DNA from: Obrimoposthia wandeli
Taxonomy: Eukaryota
Direction of reading: 5' to 3'
Assembly: GCA_977020255.1 (NCBI GenBank)
Contig: CDROCS010002422.1
Span: forward strand, 372,001 to 435,283
DNA length: 63,283 nucleotides
In this document: positions 52,017 through 62,411 of the stretch, piece by piece
How the letters are laid out: the number at the start of each line of letters is the position of its first letter
Numbering within the stretch: position 1 is the first letter of the stretch
Program-made: the position numbers and the translations under genes
The notes under the pieces: generated by a model
The model's database searches: none
What the model saw: the letters and a program-made list of their open reading frames with translations, nothing else
What the model was told of the DNA's origin: nothing

Positions 52017-52357
52017 TTTGATAACCTTTTATGGCTTTAATTATAATGCTTAGAGGAAAATAGAAGCGGGTTACATTTAAAAGCTTATCCACCGGCTTAA
52101 TTAAGCTCTATTTAGATAAGATATTCTAGATATACCGCTTTTAAAGATACTCCTTAACAAGATTTAAATCTATGAGTTTAGCAACAGCTTAAAGTCTATA
52201 CTGTTAACTTAACTCCTCTCAAAAATTAATGAAGCCTTCGTGCAATTATCATGCTGTGCACTGCAGCTTCATTAAACTAACTAGCACCTAATAAACGTTG
52301 CTAAAGCAAACAAAATTAGGAGCGGTTAATGCTTTTCAACCCGTTTTTGAACGATAC

Positions 52358-55063
52358 CTACACTATATTTCGCGGCGCAAAAGAGAAGCTGCGATATTCG
52401 TGTTTGTACTTACTCTCACCAATTTTCTTGATTTTGGCGACGCCCATTTTAAAGTTATAATTACCTGAAATATTATCAACTACACGTGCGGTCAATGAAT
52501 TACTAGGCTGGCGCATGTCTAGCATATTTGCATAAAGCACCCCTACTTTTACCGCAGGAGTGACGATCGCAACCGCAGTCACCGCCGCTTTACTCAATTC
52601 AATATGACCTCGCTTGAGCAACTCACCAAACTGGAAGTTTTGGCTATCAATGCCTAGCAATGTATCTTTGAAAGCTGCGACTCTATCTGAGTACATCATC
52701 ACTTGATCACCGGATTCAATACCGCGCTTTTTAGCATCCTCTGGATGAATTTCTACCCAGTTTTCAGGCCAGCGTTGAGCGGTATAAGCACGACGTTCAA
52801 TATCATCAAAACCTGACTGCCAGATCTCATTGATACGTCCATTTGAGAACCAAAGTTCTTCCTCTTTAGGTGATAACCATTCATGAAAATCACTGAACAA
52901 ATTCCAAGGATGCTTTTGTAAATTAACTTTGCCGGTTTGTGAGTTAAAGTGCGTCAACTTCTTAGTCAACACATTCGCTCCCTGTGCTCCGTTTTCTAAT
53001 CCCATTTCTTTGAGTTTTTCTTTATTTTTAGCCAACTCAGTATCGTGCAAACGTTCAGTACCATGCAGTGTTTTCGTATCATAGTTATAAAAAACAGGTC
53101 CTTGGATACCGTTAGTGCCGAATTCGCGCATTTTTTGATGTAAGGTTTTCCCTTCAGCGTGAGCTGCAACTTTCACCATGTTGAAATCTTTACGACCCCC
53201 ACGACTAAAGCGTGCAGCTTCTTCTGCGACTTCGTTTGAATTTTGCCAATCAAACCCGTCATAGCCCATTTTTCTCGCTAGCTGGCTAATGATCCACCAA
53301 TCGGGTTTAGCGTCACCTGGTGCATCGTTAAACTTTTGATACAAACGTAATCGACGCTCTCCATTGGCGCGCATGAAATCCTCTTCACCCCAAGAGGCTG
53401 CAGGGAAAACTATATCAGCAAATTTAGCGCCAATAGGGTCACGCAAATAGATATCTTGATTGATGACTACCATGCCGCCCGAATCAGCACGCGCTTTGAG
53501 GGTATCGATTATTTCTTGCTTGTCGTAACTAAAAACTTGATGTGGATTGGCAGATGTTAGCTCCCAAAACTTTTTAAGTAGCCCCTGCGATCCAGACATT
53601 GACTGAATCCAAGTCGTGCCGATTACATGTGCAAAACGCGTGTGTCCAGAGTATGTCCAACGATCGGTGTCTAGCGCGCGACGACGACGCCCTGGCACTT
53701 TCTCCGGCGACTTATTACGCGGTAATTTCCCGCCTGATTGCCCGCCACGTTGATGCCCGCCTAAGCGTCCAACCACACGTCCCGGTCGTCCTCCTGCGCC
53801 AATAACTGTTGCTAACGAGCTAATTGCATTAGTATTACCAGTATTATTCGACCAGTAAAAACCTTTCTCAATGGCGATAGAGGCTTTCTTACGACTACCA
53901 TCTTCATTTGGCTTAGATAGCATTTGCGCTGCTTGATAAATTTTATCCGGATCAATTGCTGCCACTTTAGCGGCATTTTCCACTGAGTATTCAGGTTGTG
54001 CGAGTAACCATTTTTTGTAGTCTTCATAGCCGTCTGTTTGGAATTTCCCCCAAGTCGTACGCCACTGCCAAGGTGTGTTACGTGTTCCCTGACCAAACCC
54101 TGAGCTAGATTCCCATTTATTGTTAACCCATTCGTCAATCCACTCTTGATCCTGCCAATTGTTTTCCACAATCACACGTAAAATAGCGCCTAGCACTAGA
54201 TTATCGGATCCCGGGTTTACATCTAAATGCAAGCCACCGTGCTTCTTCATGTAAGCGATACCCGCTGTTTCACGAGGGTTAAGGATGATTGTTTTCATCC
54301 CTCGCTGAATGGCTGGCATCATAAACTGCGTAAAGAGAATGGTTTTGGTTTCATAAGGGTCTGTACCGCATAACATCAACACATCCGCTTTGCCCCAATC
54401 TTCGTAACTTGGGCCAAAGTTATCAAAACCTGCATCTCTAAAGCCTGGTGTAGAAGTTACATCAGAAGGCGTATCATGAAAGCTAAAGTTAGCGGTATTG
54501 ACATGCCTTAAAGCATATTTGGTAATCGCGTAGGTGTTTTCAATATATTGATAAGAGTAAGTTTTAACCCCATAAGCGTTCTCCCCATGTGTATCAATAA
54601 CATGGCGACCAACCGCCGCTGCAACTTCAATAGCGAGCTCCCAACTCACAGGCTGTAATGTGCCGCCAATACGCATTAATGGGCTGGTTAAGCGATCCCG
54701 GGTGCCCGTTGATGGATTGTAAACCTTTTGTGCGATCAACCCCCCTCTCATCGATGAATCACCATTTAAGTTAACCGCTTTGGTTTTCTTATCGGGAACA
54801 ATCACCACATTATAAGGCTGGCCTTCATGCATCACTACATTGTGCTGGGCAGGGGCCACCCACTCTTGTAATGCATAGGATGGAAAATCAATGCCAAAGG
54901 CATTTTGATCAGCTTTTATGCCACCGCTAGGCTTGTGCAACGGCCAGCGATAAACGTTGTAGCCGCAGGCAACGACACAATAATCACAAGCGGTGGTGAT
55001 TACCTCTGCATCTTTTGGTGGTAGTAATGAAGAATCTTCTGGTATGTAAAAATTAGTTGTCAT
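52358..55063 (-). CDS. idrA: Iodate reductase catalytic molybdopterin subunit (AioA-related IdrA clade)
   Basis: [3Fe-4S] motif CDYCVVAC plus SSMRGG, GRLGGHQ, NGRINEIWQS. It lacks the AioA HNRPAYNSE motif and is operonic with a Rieske and two peroxidase genes. Likely start is ATG 55063. Confidence 0.85.
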   Translation of the reverse strand: MTTNFYIPEDSSLLPPKDAEVITTACDYCVVACGYNVYRWPLHKPSGGIKADQNAFGIDFPSYALQEWVAPAQHNVVMHEGQPYNVVIVPDKKTKAVNLNGDSSMRGGLIAQKVYNPSTGTRDRLTSPLMRIGGTLQPVSWELAIEVAAAVGRHVIDTHGENAYGVKTYSYQYIENTYAITKYALRHVNTANFSFHDTPSDVTSTPGFRDAGFDNFGPSYEDWGKADVLMLCGTDPYETKTILFTQFMMPAIQRGMKTIILNPRETAGIAYMKKHGGLHLDVNPGSDNLVLGAILRVIVENNWQDQEWIDEWVNNKWESSSGFGQGTRNTPWQWRTTWGKFQTDGYEDYKKWLLAQPEYSVENAAKVAAIDPDKIYQAAQMLSKPNEDGSRKKASIAIEKGFYWSNNTGNTNAISSLATVIGAGGRPGRVVGRLGGHQRGGQSGGKLPRNKSPEKVPGRRRRALDTDRWTYSGHTRFAHVIGTTWIQSMSGSQGLLKKFWELTSANPHQVFSYDKQEIIDTLKARADSGGMVVINQDIYLRDPIGAKFADIVFPAASWGEEDFMRANGERRLRLYQKFNDAPGDAKPDWWIISQLARKMGYDGFDWQNSNEVAEEAARFSRGGRKDFNMVKVAAHAEGKTLHQKMREFGTNGIQGPVFYNYDTKTLHGTERLHDTELAKNKEKLKEMGLENGAQGANVLTKKLTHFNSQTGKVNLQKHPWNLFSDFHEWLSPKEEELWFSNGRINEIWQSGFDDIERRAYTAQRWPENWVEIHPEDAKKRGIESGDQVMMYSDRVAAFKDTLLGIDSQNFQFGELLKRGHIELSKAAVTAVAIVTPAVKVGVLYANMLDMRQPSNSLTARVVDNISGNYNFKMGVAKIKKIGESKYKHEYRSFSFAPRNIV

Positions 55064-55073
55064 GTTATTCCCC

Positions 55074-55652
55074 TTACCCAGCCAGTTTGTTATCGGTGCG
55101 GCCAAACAACAGACCCATGATGCCTACGGCATAAATATCGTCACCTTCTACTTCCAATAGTACTTGCGGTAGACTTTCATAGGCTTGACCCGAAACGATA
55201 ATACCGTGGCGGCGCATATCAAAAGTCGATAGATGAAAAGGGCATTGCCCTAACACTCGATGCTCATCGACTACTTTGTATTGCCCGATTAAAGGGCCTC
55301 CTTGATGCGTACATATGTAGCTAAATGACACTATATCTTGGCCTTGGCCAATACCGCCACCGCACTTGACACCGGTTTTAACGATCATCGCCTGTGAGTT
55401 AGGCCCCTTGTCTGGGTATTGAAAGTCAAAAGGCTGATTTTCTTTCAACTGACTCATTTGAGCAATTTTGATACGCGGATAAGCTGTCACTTGCGCTTTC
55501 ATTTCTTTTGCTTGTACAGTGCCTGGAAATAAATTCAGTGAAATAACACTAGTAGCTGCGGCCGTTGCACTTGAGTAAAGCAGAAATTTGCGACGCGAGA
55601 TCATGCAATCGGTATGCTCTTTCGCTGTTTGTTGGCTTCTATCCTTTTTCAT
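55074..55652 (-). CDS. idrB: Rieske [2Fe-2S] small subunit with Tat signal
   Basis: SRRKFL twin-arginine signal, CTHQG and CPFH Rieske ligands. Confidence 0.87.
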   Translation of the reverse strand: MKKDRSQQTAKEHTDCMISRRKFLLYSSATAAATSVISLNLFPGTVQAKEMKAQVTAYPRIKIAQMSQLKENQPFDFQYPDKGPNSQAMIVKTGVKCGGGIGQGQDIVSFSYICTHQGGPLIGQYKVVDEHRVLGQCPFHLSTFDMRRHGIIVSGQAYESLPQVLLEVEGDDIYAVGIMGLLFGRTDNKLAG

Positions 55653-56848
55653 TTTTTTGCCTCCTTCAGCTCTTCTATACTAAATAGCGGTGCGTATTCA
55701 GGAAGAGCGGGAATTTCTTCGGTGATTTTTTCACCTGAAAAGCTTTCAACGAATGCCAACAAATCTTTCTTCTCACCGGCACTTAAATTTAATGGTTTTA
55801 TTAAGTCTGATTTAGTTTTGATAAAAGCACTAGATCGGCCATCTTTAGCAATACCACCACGGTTATAAAAATCAATAACATCCGCTAACGTTTTTATACC
55901 TCCGTTGTGCATATAAGGTGCTGTATGCTTGGTGTAACGTATCGACGGGGTGCGAAACATACCTTTTTGCTGAGAAAGCTTGCTTCTAAAATAAATCCCC
56001 GGATCAGCTTTGGTGTTGCGATACATTTCCTCTGTAGAGCCTTTTGCGTAGAGTTCATAGCGAAAAGTAATTTGTGCTAGAGCATCTTCTTCCCAACGTT
56101 TGAGTGGCGGCACACCAATGTTATAGTGCTTTTGATCACTTGCTAATGCACCGTTGTGACATTGCACACAACCAGCTTTTCCCTCAAACAGTGTTTTGCC
56201 AGCCACTTGGCTCTTAGTTAGCGCACTCTTATCACCGGCTAAATACTTGTCTATGGGTGTATCTCTTTGCACTAAAGTACGCTCATAGGCGGCGATAGCT
56301 TTCCAAGCATTTGAGATTTTTGGCCAATTATCACCAAATACCTTTTTAAAACGCTGTCGATAATCTGGAATTAACGCTAAGCGTGCTTCCATGATGTCGT
56401 CTTCGCCATTACCTGCAACACCACCTTTGGCAGCGCTTTTTGCCTGCCCTTCTAGTGATTTTGATGAGCCTGCCCAAAATAACTTTCCATAGTAGGCCGA
56501 GTTGATAATAGTTTGCGAGTTACGCCAGTGAATTGTACCTGGGTATCCCAATGAAATATTATCTGGCCAATCCCATCCAAGTGCTGGCACATGGCAACTG
56601 CCACAACTGGTAGAGCCATCGCCACCTAAGCGGCCGTCAAAAAACAGGATTTTTCCCAATTCGATTTTTGCAGCGCTCATTGGGTTATCCAAGGGGATAG
56701 GCACTTCACCTAAAGGGGCTAATGGCGGTACTTCTTGTGCACTAGCTTGTAGAGGCAGCGCAAGTGCAGTGAGTGTAAATGTAACAAGAGCACAAAGTTT
56801 ATTTGCCGAAATGAACTTTTGCTTTAACGGTTGTAATTGCATTGTCAT
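55649..56848 (-). CDS. idrP1: Dihaem cytochrome c peroxidase/MauG-family protein
   Basis: CGSCH and CVQCH, FRTPSIR, APYMHNG. The P1/P2 labels are assigned by position. Confidence 0.82.
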   Translation of the reverse strand: MTMQLQPLKQKFISANKLCALVTFTLTALALPLQASAQEVPPLAPLGEVPIPLDNPMSAAKIELGKILFFDGRLGGDGSTSCGSCHVPALGWDWPDNISLGYPGTIHWRNSQTIINSAYYGKLFWAGSSKSLEGQAKSAAKGGVAGNGEDDIMEARLALIPDYRQRFKKVFGDNWPKISNAWKAIAAYERTLVQRDTPIDKYLAGDKSALTKSQVAGKTLFEGKAGCVQCHNGALASDQKHYNIGVPPLKRWEEDALAQITFRYELYAKGSTEEMYRNTKADPGIYFRSKLSQQKGMFRTPSIRYTKHTAPYMHNGGIKTLADVIDFYNRGGIAKDGRSSAFIKTKSDLIKPLNLSAGEKKDLLAFVESFSGEKITEEIPALPEYAPLFSIEELKEAKK

Positions 56849-56856
56849 TTCCTCGA

Positions 56857-57960
56857 CTAGTTTTTAACGTCTAACCAATTGTTGATAACTTGATAACTAT
56901 AATCATTTTTATCCCAGATATAAGTATCAGAAATCAGCGCATCACCTGAAAGCCCTTGCAGATAGCTCACCAAATCTTTTTGCTCTATCGCCGATAGCTT
57001 CAACGGCTTTAATAAGGCTGATCTGTTTTTATCTTCACCGCCGCCACCGTTATAAAAAGCGACTACTTCAGGTAAAGTATTGATCATGCCGTTATGCATG
57101 TAAGGTGCTGTATATTTCAATTCTCGCAAGCTCGGTGTCATGAACTTTCCAATATCAGTTCCATCCGCTTTATGTGTTTGTACATGAGCCCCAACATCAC
57201 GCTTTAGCGCCATATAGTTCTCATTACCCATAAACATATTGAACGCGATAAAAGTTTGATGATTGGCTGGTTTTAGGAAAATATCAAAGTTTTCAGCTAC
57301 GCCTGTGTTATGCGCTTTACCATCTGAAAATAACGGACCTGTATGACATTGAGTACAGTTCCCCTTACCTTTAAATAGTGCCTGACCACGCTTAGCAGAA
57401 GCACTCAACGTATTAGTATCTACCGGAGCGTTTTTAGAGGTTAAAGTCTTAAGGAACTCAGGTATTGCCTTGCGCACGCCACCGTTAGAGGGTTCACCAT
57501 AACCTGCTGCTTTAAACATAGTTACGTAAACAGGGTCTTGCTTTAAACGCTCTTGCATCAAACGCATATCCATATTCATACTGTAATCTTCAGTAATCAT
57601 AGAACGTGTGACATCATTTAAATTAGTTCCGATGCGGCCATCATGAAACCAAGATTTTTTGTAAATGGTATTGATTAATGAAGGTGCGTTTCGAAAATGC
57701 CCATTACCCGGATAACCCGGCGATAAAGCAGTAGAGCTGGCAAAGCCGTTTTTAGGCTCGTGACAACTCGCGCAGCTGATTGCGGTATCTCCTGACAAAC
57801 GAGTATCAAAAAACAACCGTTTGCCAAGTGCTGCTTTTTTTGCGTCTATTTTAACAACTGCTAGCGTATCCAGCGCAATCGCATTATTGGATAGAAAAAA
57901 ACAGCTGCTAAATAGCGCTGCTAACACTACTTTCTTTCTATTTTTGAGCCTAATGTCCAT
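56857..57960 (-). CDS. idrP2: Dihaem cytochrome c peroxidase/MauG-family protein
   Basis: CASCH and CTQCH, FMTPSLR, APYMHNG. GGAG precedes ATG 57960. Confidence 0.82.
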   Translation of the reverse strand: MDIRLKNRKKVVLAALFSSCFFLSNNAIALDTLAVVKIDAKKAALGKRLFFDTRLSGDTAISCASCHEPKNGFASSTALSPGYPGNGHFRNAPSLINTIYKKSWFHDGRIGTNLNDVTRSMITEDYSMNMDMRLMQERLKQDPVYVTMFKAAGYGEPSNGGVRKAIPEFLKTLTSKNAPVDTNTLSASAKRGQALFKGKGNCTQCHTGPLFSDGKAHNTGVAENFDIFLKPANHQTFIAFNMFMGNENYMALKRDVGAHVQTHKADGTDIGKFMTPSLRELKYTAPYMHNGMINTLPEVVAFYNGGGGEDKNRSALLKPLKLSAIEQKDLVSYLQGLSGDALISDTYIWDKNDYSYQVINNWLDVKN

Positions 57961-58461
57961 TTGTTGTCTCCACATTGGCTGATTTTATTGTTAGTACGTA
58001 CAAGTAATTTCGCCATCTTAACTAGCTTTATTTGTCGAGGCTGTACCACTAAGCTAGAGTCGTACACAAATCATTGAACATGCTACTAATCACGACAAGT
58101 GGAAATTATTTATACTGCTTCGCTCGCTCACATTTATTTTTGATCTTGTTACAAACAGCTTAGGGACTTAGAGATGGAATATAACTGTGCGGGACACACA
58201 AACAACGAATAAACCCCTACTGACTACTTGCCTATTTTAGATTAACGCGAATGAATTAGTATTATCAATTTCTCAATTGAGGTTCGTTGATATAGGTCAA
58301 TACGACAATGGGTAAATACTCGTTACTATTAATTATGTTCATAATTAATTGCGAAACTAGGTAATTGATAGCATTACTTAAAGCATCATATTGACGGCTA
58401 TTACTGACACAAATTCGCAAAGTAATAATAATAATATGCACAAGTGCTGGAGAGTATAACC

Positions 58462-60981
58462 ATGTCGCAAGCTTTGAAAACATCCTATTCAGAGACCCTT
58501 AATCAGCTTCTCATCTCTGACAATGAAGCCCAGAGTTGTTACGCTGCCCGGGCTATAGGTAGTATTTTACCCAACATCATTATTGGCAACAGCCACGCTC
58601 TTCAAGGACCCGAAGCCACTAAAACGGTGGAGAGTTTAATTGAATGCCTTCATCATCAAGACGTAGATGTGGTGATAGATGCTATTGATGCTTTAGGAAT
58701 GTTGCAGGCTAAACAGTCTATTGACATTTTACTTGATGCTGTAAATTTACATCCAGAAGGCGATGTGCGTGTCAGTGCAATTAGAGCTCTTGCCAATATG
58801 GTTGATGACAATTTACTAGAGCACTTTATACCTTGGGCAAAAGGAGAATTCGAACATCGCCAAACAGACACTTTGTGGAACGATGATTGGGACGTGCAAC
58901 TAATAGCCATTGAAACTTTTGGTAAACACCGTTTCCAAGGTGCTGTTGAAGTATTAAAAACGCTCTTACAGGAAAATAACTTAGACATGGAAGGGCAAGT
59001 TTTAAAAGCACTGACGCTTATAGGTGGCGAAGGGCTATTATACATTATCTCTCTTATTGAAGGCACAAAAAGTGAACCCTCTTTAATTGAACAACGCATT
59101 GCACGACGCGCTGCAACAGCCTTGGGTTTTGCTCATTGTAAACAGAGCATCACTGTGCTTACCCAAGCACTCAAGACAAATAATCCAAACCTTCGTGCTA
59201 GCGCTGTTACTGCATTAGGCAAGCGTCAAGCGCAGCAAAGCGCCATTGATATGTTAGAGCTACTTGATGATGTGGACAGTCAAGTAGTGACTGCAACCAT
59301 TACTGCATTAACAAGCATGCAACACCTTTTAAAAGAGCAGTTCGAGCTGTATGTTTCCAGTGAATATCTCTTATCGCAATTACCTAAACTCAATACTAGC
59401 GGACGTAATTTTGTCTATCAGCTACTCACTATAATGGCCGATGTAATTACTCTCGATCAAGCTCAAAAAGAGCAATTACACCAAGCTTTAGCTAGTGAAA
59501 ATCTAGATGAACAAATATATGTTTGCCAACTACTCAGTGCTATTTTGGATGATACTGCAGCCCCTGTGATCATGCAGCACCTCACTGAAAACGCAAATAA
59601 CACGCCTAATTCGCGCGCCACTCAAGCTATGTTACTTAGCTTAGGGAAACTGGCCAGTAATGATACGCGAACGCTATGTTGCTTAAATACCTTACTTGAA
59701 CTTCCTTCTTCATCACTACGTTTAGGCCTGATCCAAACGCTGGTGAGTATCGCTCAAAAACCTGCACTACAATCTGAGTTTAGCGCTGACACTCTGATTT
59801 TTGATTATCTATTAAAATCCACCGTTATCGACAACGCAGCCATTGAGAACCCAGAGCTTGAAGATAAGCCAGAAGATGATGAAAACAGCCCACTTATTCC
59901 AATACAAGCAATTGACCTAAACGGGGATAACGAGGCGTTTCGTTCTGCACCGCCAAGCTTGAGTGAAGAAGATAAATTACGCGCAATACTGGCAAGTGTA
60001 AGTGACGAGTATCCGCCAGCTGAAACAGTAACTGACAAAGCAATTGAAGAGATCAATTTTAAAGATACAGTAGTTGTTTCTACCTTAGACTCGATACAAC
60101 GCGAGACTATCAATGCTTTTGTTAGCCCTAAAGCAGAAAGTGCTGATGAAGTAGCGGCGCCACATATTCGCGAAATGGTTGAGCAATTGCCACAAAACGA
60201 ACAACAGTTTGCACAAATAGTGAATGATCATTTAGATAGTGGCGAAAGAGTCAAATTGAGCCGTAAAAAGATAGCCAAAATGCCGACTTATTCCAACAAA
60301 GTATTGGCACTGAAAGCCCTGACGGAATACCCAACTGAACACGTAGTAGATACTTTACTAGCACAGTTCTTATTTGATGATATTGAAGTACAAATTGAAG
60401 CGGTCTCATCACTAGCGATCATTGCTCGACAGCAGCCACAGTTACAGGCATTAAAAAAATGCTTGGGGCCTTTATGCACTTTATTGATGTCTGGAAATGA
60501 TCATTTACGCTTAATGTGCGCTCGAGCAATAGGTGCATTAGGGCACCGCACCGCATTACCTATACTATTAGAAGCACTCGCGGATACGGATAGTAATGTG
60601 CGTATCCAAGTGATAGATTCTCTGCACCAATACCTAGCTATTAATCAGCAAAGTCATTCTATATCTAAGAGCTTCGAAAAAATCGTTCCCCATGTCTTTG
60701 CTTGCTTACAAGATGATACAACTGGAGTGGTGATAAGGGCTTTAGCATTCTTTGCAGAGACTCATCACTATTTGCAAGATGCTGACAAAGAAGAAGTTAT
60801 TACAGCAATCATAACGGTTGGCTGTGCCAAAGATGATTATTTAGTAGCAGCTGCCAATAGTCTTGCTAATATTAATCGCCAAAGTGCTGGACAGCAGCTC
60901 TTTCAATTATTAAATAGCGCGCAAGAAAGTGAACAGCGTATCCCACTCTTAAAAATATTAACAATCGTGTTAGCTAATTGA
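58462..60981 (+). CDS. Large HEAT/PBS-lyase repeat protein
   Basis: Repeated units such as VVIDAIDALG, VRVSAIRALA, LRASAVTALG, LRLMCARAIGALG, VRIQVIDSL, with an acidic central linker. Confidence 0.85.
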   Translation: MSQALKTSYSETLNQLLISDNEAQSCYAARAIGSILPNIIIGNSHALQGPEATKTVESLIECLHHQDVDVVIDAIDALGMLQAKQSIDILLDAVNLHPEGDVRVSAIRALANMVDDNLLEHFIPWAKGEFEHRQTDTLWNDDWDVQLIAIETFGKHRFQGAVEVLKTLLQENNLDMEGQVLKALTLIGGEGLLYIISLIEGTKSEPSLIEQRIARRAATALGFAHCKQSITVLTQALKTNNPNLRASAVTALGKRQAQQSAIDMLELLDDVDSQVVTATITALTSMQHLLKEQFELYVSSEYLLSQLPKLNTSGRNFVYQLLTIMADVITLDQAQKEQLHQALASENLDEQIYVCQLLSAILDDTAAPVIMQHLTENANNTPNSRATQAMLLSLGKLASNDTRTLCCLNTLLELPSSSLRLGLIQTLVSIAQKPALQSEFSADTLIFDYLLKSTVIDNAAIENPELEDKPEDDENSPLIPIQAIDLNGDNEAFRSAPPSLSEEDKLRAILASVSDEYPPAETVTDKAIEEINFKDTVVVSTLDSIQRETINAFVSPKAESADEVAAPHIREMVEQLPQNEQQFAQIVNDHLDSGERVKLSRKKIAKMPTYSNKVLALKALTEYPTEHVVDTLLAQFLFDDIEVQIEAVSSLAIIARQQPQLQALKKCLGPLCTLLMSGNDHLRLMCARAIGALGHRTALPILLEALADTDSNVRIQVIDSLHQYLAINQQSHSISKSFEKIVPHVFACLQDDTTGVVIRALAFFAETHHYLQDADKEEVITAIITVGCAKDDYLVAAANSLANINRQSAGQQLFQLLNSAQESEQRIPLLKILTIVLAN

Positions 60982-61203
60982 TGACCGGTTAATAGCAGCG
61001 GTGGAAGAAAGCTCTGTGATTTAAAGTTCAGTGTAAACTAAGGACTAAGTTAAATTTTGCCGCTTTTGTAGCCATTGTTTATTACTAAGATGCTGTTGAA
61101 ATAAATCAGTTTTGAGGCACTTGCTGTTTAATCTTATTTGCAAGCGCATAAGGACTCAAGATTAACATGCTCTAGAAATGACAGCAAAGCTAACGTCACA
61201 AAG

Positions 61204-61995
61204 TTAGTTCGGATAAGCATCTTTAAATACTTGTACCGCTTTCTCATTCCAATATTCGCCAATCGGCACATCTAGCTCTTGATATTCAAGATCTTTACAA
61301 GGTTGTTGATTCGTTACATAGAGCTTAATTTGTCCTTTGCAAAATCTTAAAACATAAGAGTATACGGTTCTTAAATTTTCTTGATGATTACAAATACCTG
61401 TATCACCGCGGTCATGAGAAACTAATACACTATAAATTTGCTCAAAATCTTTAACATCACCGATATGCTTTCTTGCTGACGCTAAGCGCTCTTTACTGCT
61501 TTCTGATGCATCAGGATTATCATTGGCAAATAAAAATTGATGATTGGTGCTGGCAATATTATGCTCATCCATTTCAACTTGTAGTTGGCTCGCTCTAACT
61601 TCAATTCTTGCTACTTGCTTACCATCTATAAGAACTATATTCCCAGCCCAACTAGGATTGTTCACTATATGCTGTTGCAAGGCTGCAATGGCAGAAACTA
61701 CATCAGTCCCTTCTCGTAGTGCAACCTCAACTAATTTATCGTAGTTTGCGCAGCCTTCTGGCTCACAGCTAACATGTGAATCGCAGCATAACAATCCAAA
61801 GTGATTGGCGCCGATTGACAACCCTGAAAATATTTCTTTTGCCACATACTCTTCTGCAAAAGTTTCCACACCACTGGCACCAAATAGATGATTTTCTAAT
61901 ACTAAATGATCGCGAAATTCAGCTTTCCCGAAATCTTTATTTTTGAATAAGATGTAATCATCTTCTGTCAGAATAATAGCACCCGTTGTACACAT
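61204..61995 (-). CDS. Ntn-hydrolase (C45/AAT-like) with N-terminal Cys nucleophile
   Basis: M-CTTGAI start, KNKD, GANHFGL, STNH, SKERL. Confidence 0.7.
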   Translation of the reverse strand: MCTTGAIILTEDDYILFKNKDFGKAEFRDHLVLENHLFGASGVETFAEEYVAKEIFSGLSIGANHFGLLCCDSHVSCEPEGCANYDKLVEVALREGTDVVSAIAALQQHIVNNPSWAGNIVLIDGKQVARIEVRASQLQVEMDEHNIASTNHQFLFANDNPDASESSKERLASARKHIGDVKDFEQIYSVLVSHDRGDTGICNHQENLRTVYSYVLRFCKGQIKLYVTNQQPCKDLEYQELDVPIGEYWNEKAVQVFKDAYPN

Positions 61996-62365
61996 AATAA
62001 AATCCTTCAAGTTTACACAATCATTACACTCTTAGCGTGCAGTCGCAACAACGCTAATACAAGTGATCAATATATATTGGCTTAATAGCCCAGACACTAA
62101 ATTTTTTTATCAAATACCCTGATATGAGGCTGATATTTTAACAAGTTAGCGAGCTCCGGCACTTTTGCACGATGAAGAGGTAAGGCACATATGATAAAAC
62201 TATAAATTTAGACAATACTAGCAGTATAGTCACCAGTCAAAGCACACGTAAGCTAAGGGGAGAAGTTGTGTGTCTTATGGAGCAAGAGCAGACGTAACAA
62301 ATTTTAATTTTTAAAACTAAACACCGCACGGCTGCTTAGCTTAGTAGACTCATTCTCCTAGAACG

Positions 62366-62398
62366 AAAAAACCCCAAGCACTTAACAGTACTTGGGGT
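62366..62398 (-). terminator. Intrinsic terminator, repeat unit 1 (near copies at about 62573-62606 and 62776-62808)
   Basis: Minus strand AACCCCAAG..CTTGGGGTT plus U-tract, repeated with 208 and 202 bp periods. Confidence 0.8.
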
Positions 62399-62411
62399 TC
62401 ATCGGAATAAA

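Noticed and set aside
52358-55652. Arsenite oxidase aioBA call
   Set aside because: The AioA arsenite-binding motifs are substituted, no aioXSR or ars genes are present, and two peroxidase genes are operonic.
57961-58461. Moco riboswitch or FNR box upstream of idr
   Set aside because: I could not match the Moco motif. The best FNR-like site (TTGAT-N4-TTACA near 58140) has a poor second half.
58265-58483. 72-aa minus-strand ORF
   Set aside because: It overlaps the HEAT gene start, lies in AT-rich promoter DNA and has no motif or RBS.
1392-61744. Numerous 60-208 aa ORFs antisense or out of frame within assigned genes (e.g. 25117-25743, 42386-43000, 44804-45235, 21138-21593)
   Set aside because: They are shadow ORFs fully overlapping well-supported genes, with no family motifs.
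62157-62170. Sigma-54 promoter (GGCAC...TTGC)
   Set aside because: GG-to-GC spacing is 7 rather than 10.
62180-62300. RBS-led minigenes (MIKL, MEQEQT)
   Set aside because: Too short to distinguish from chance or gene debris.
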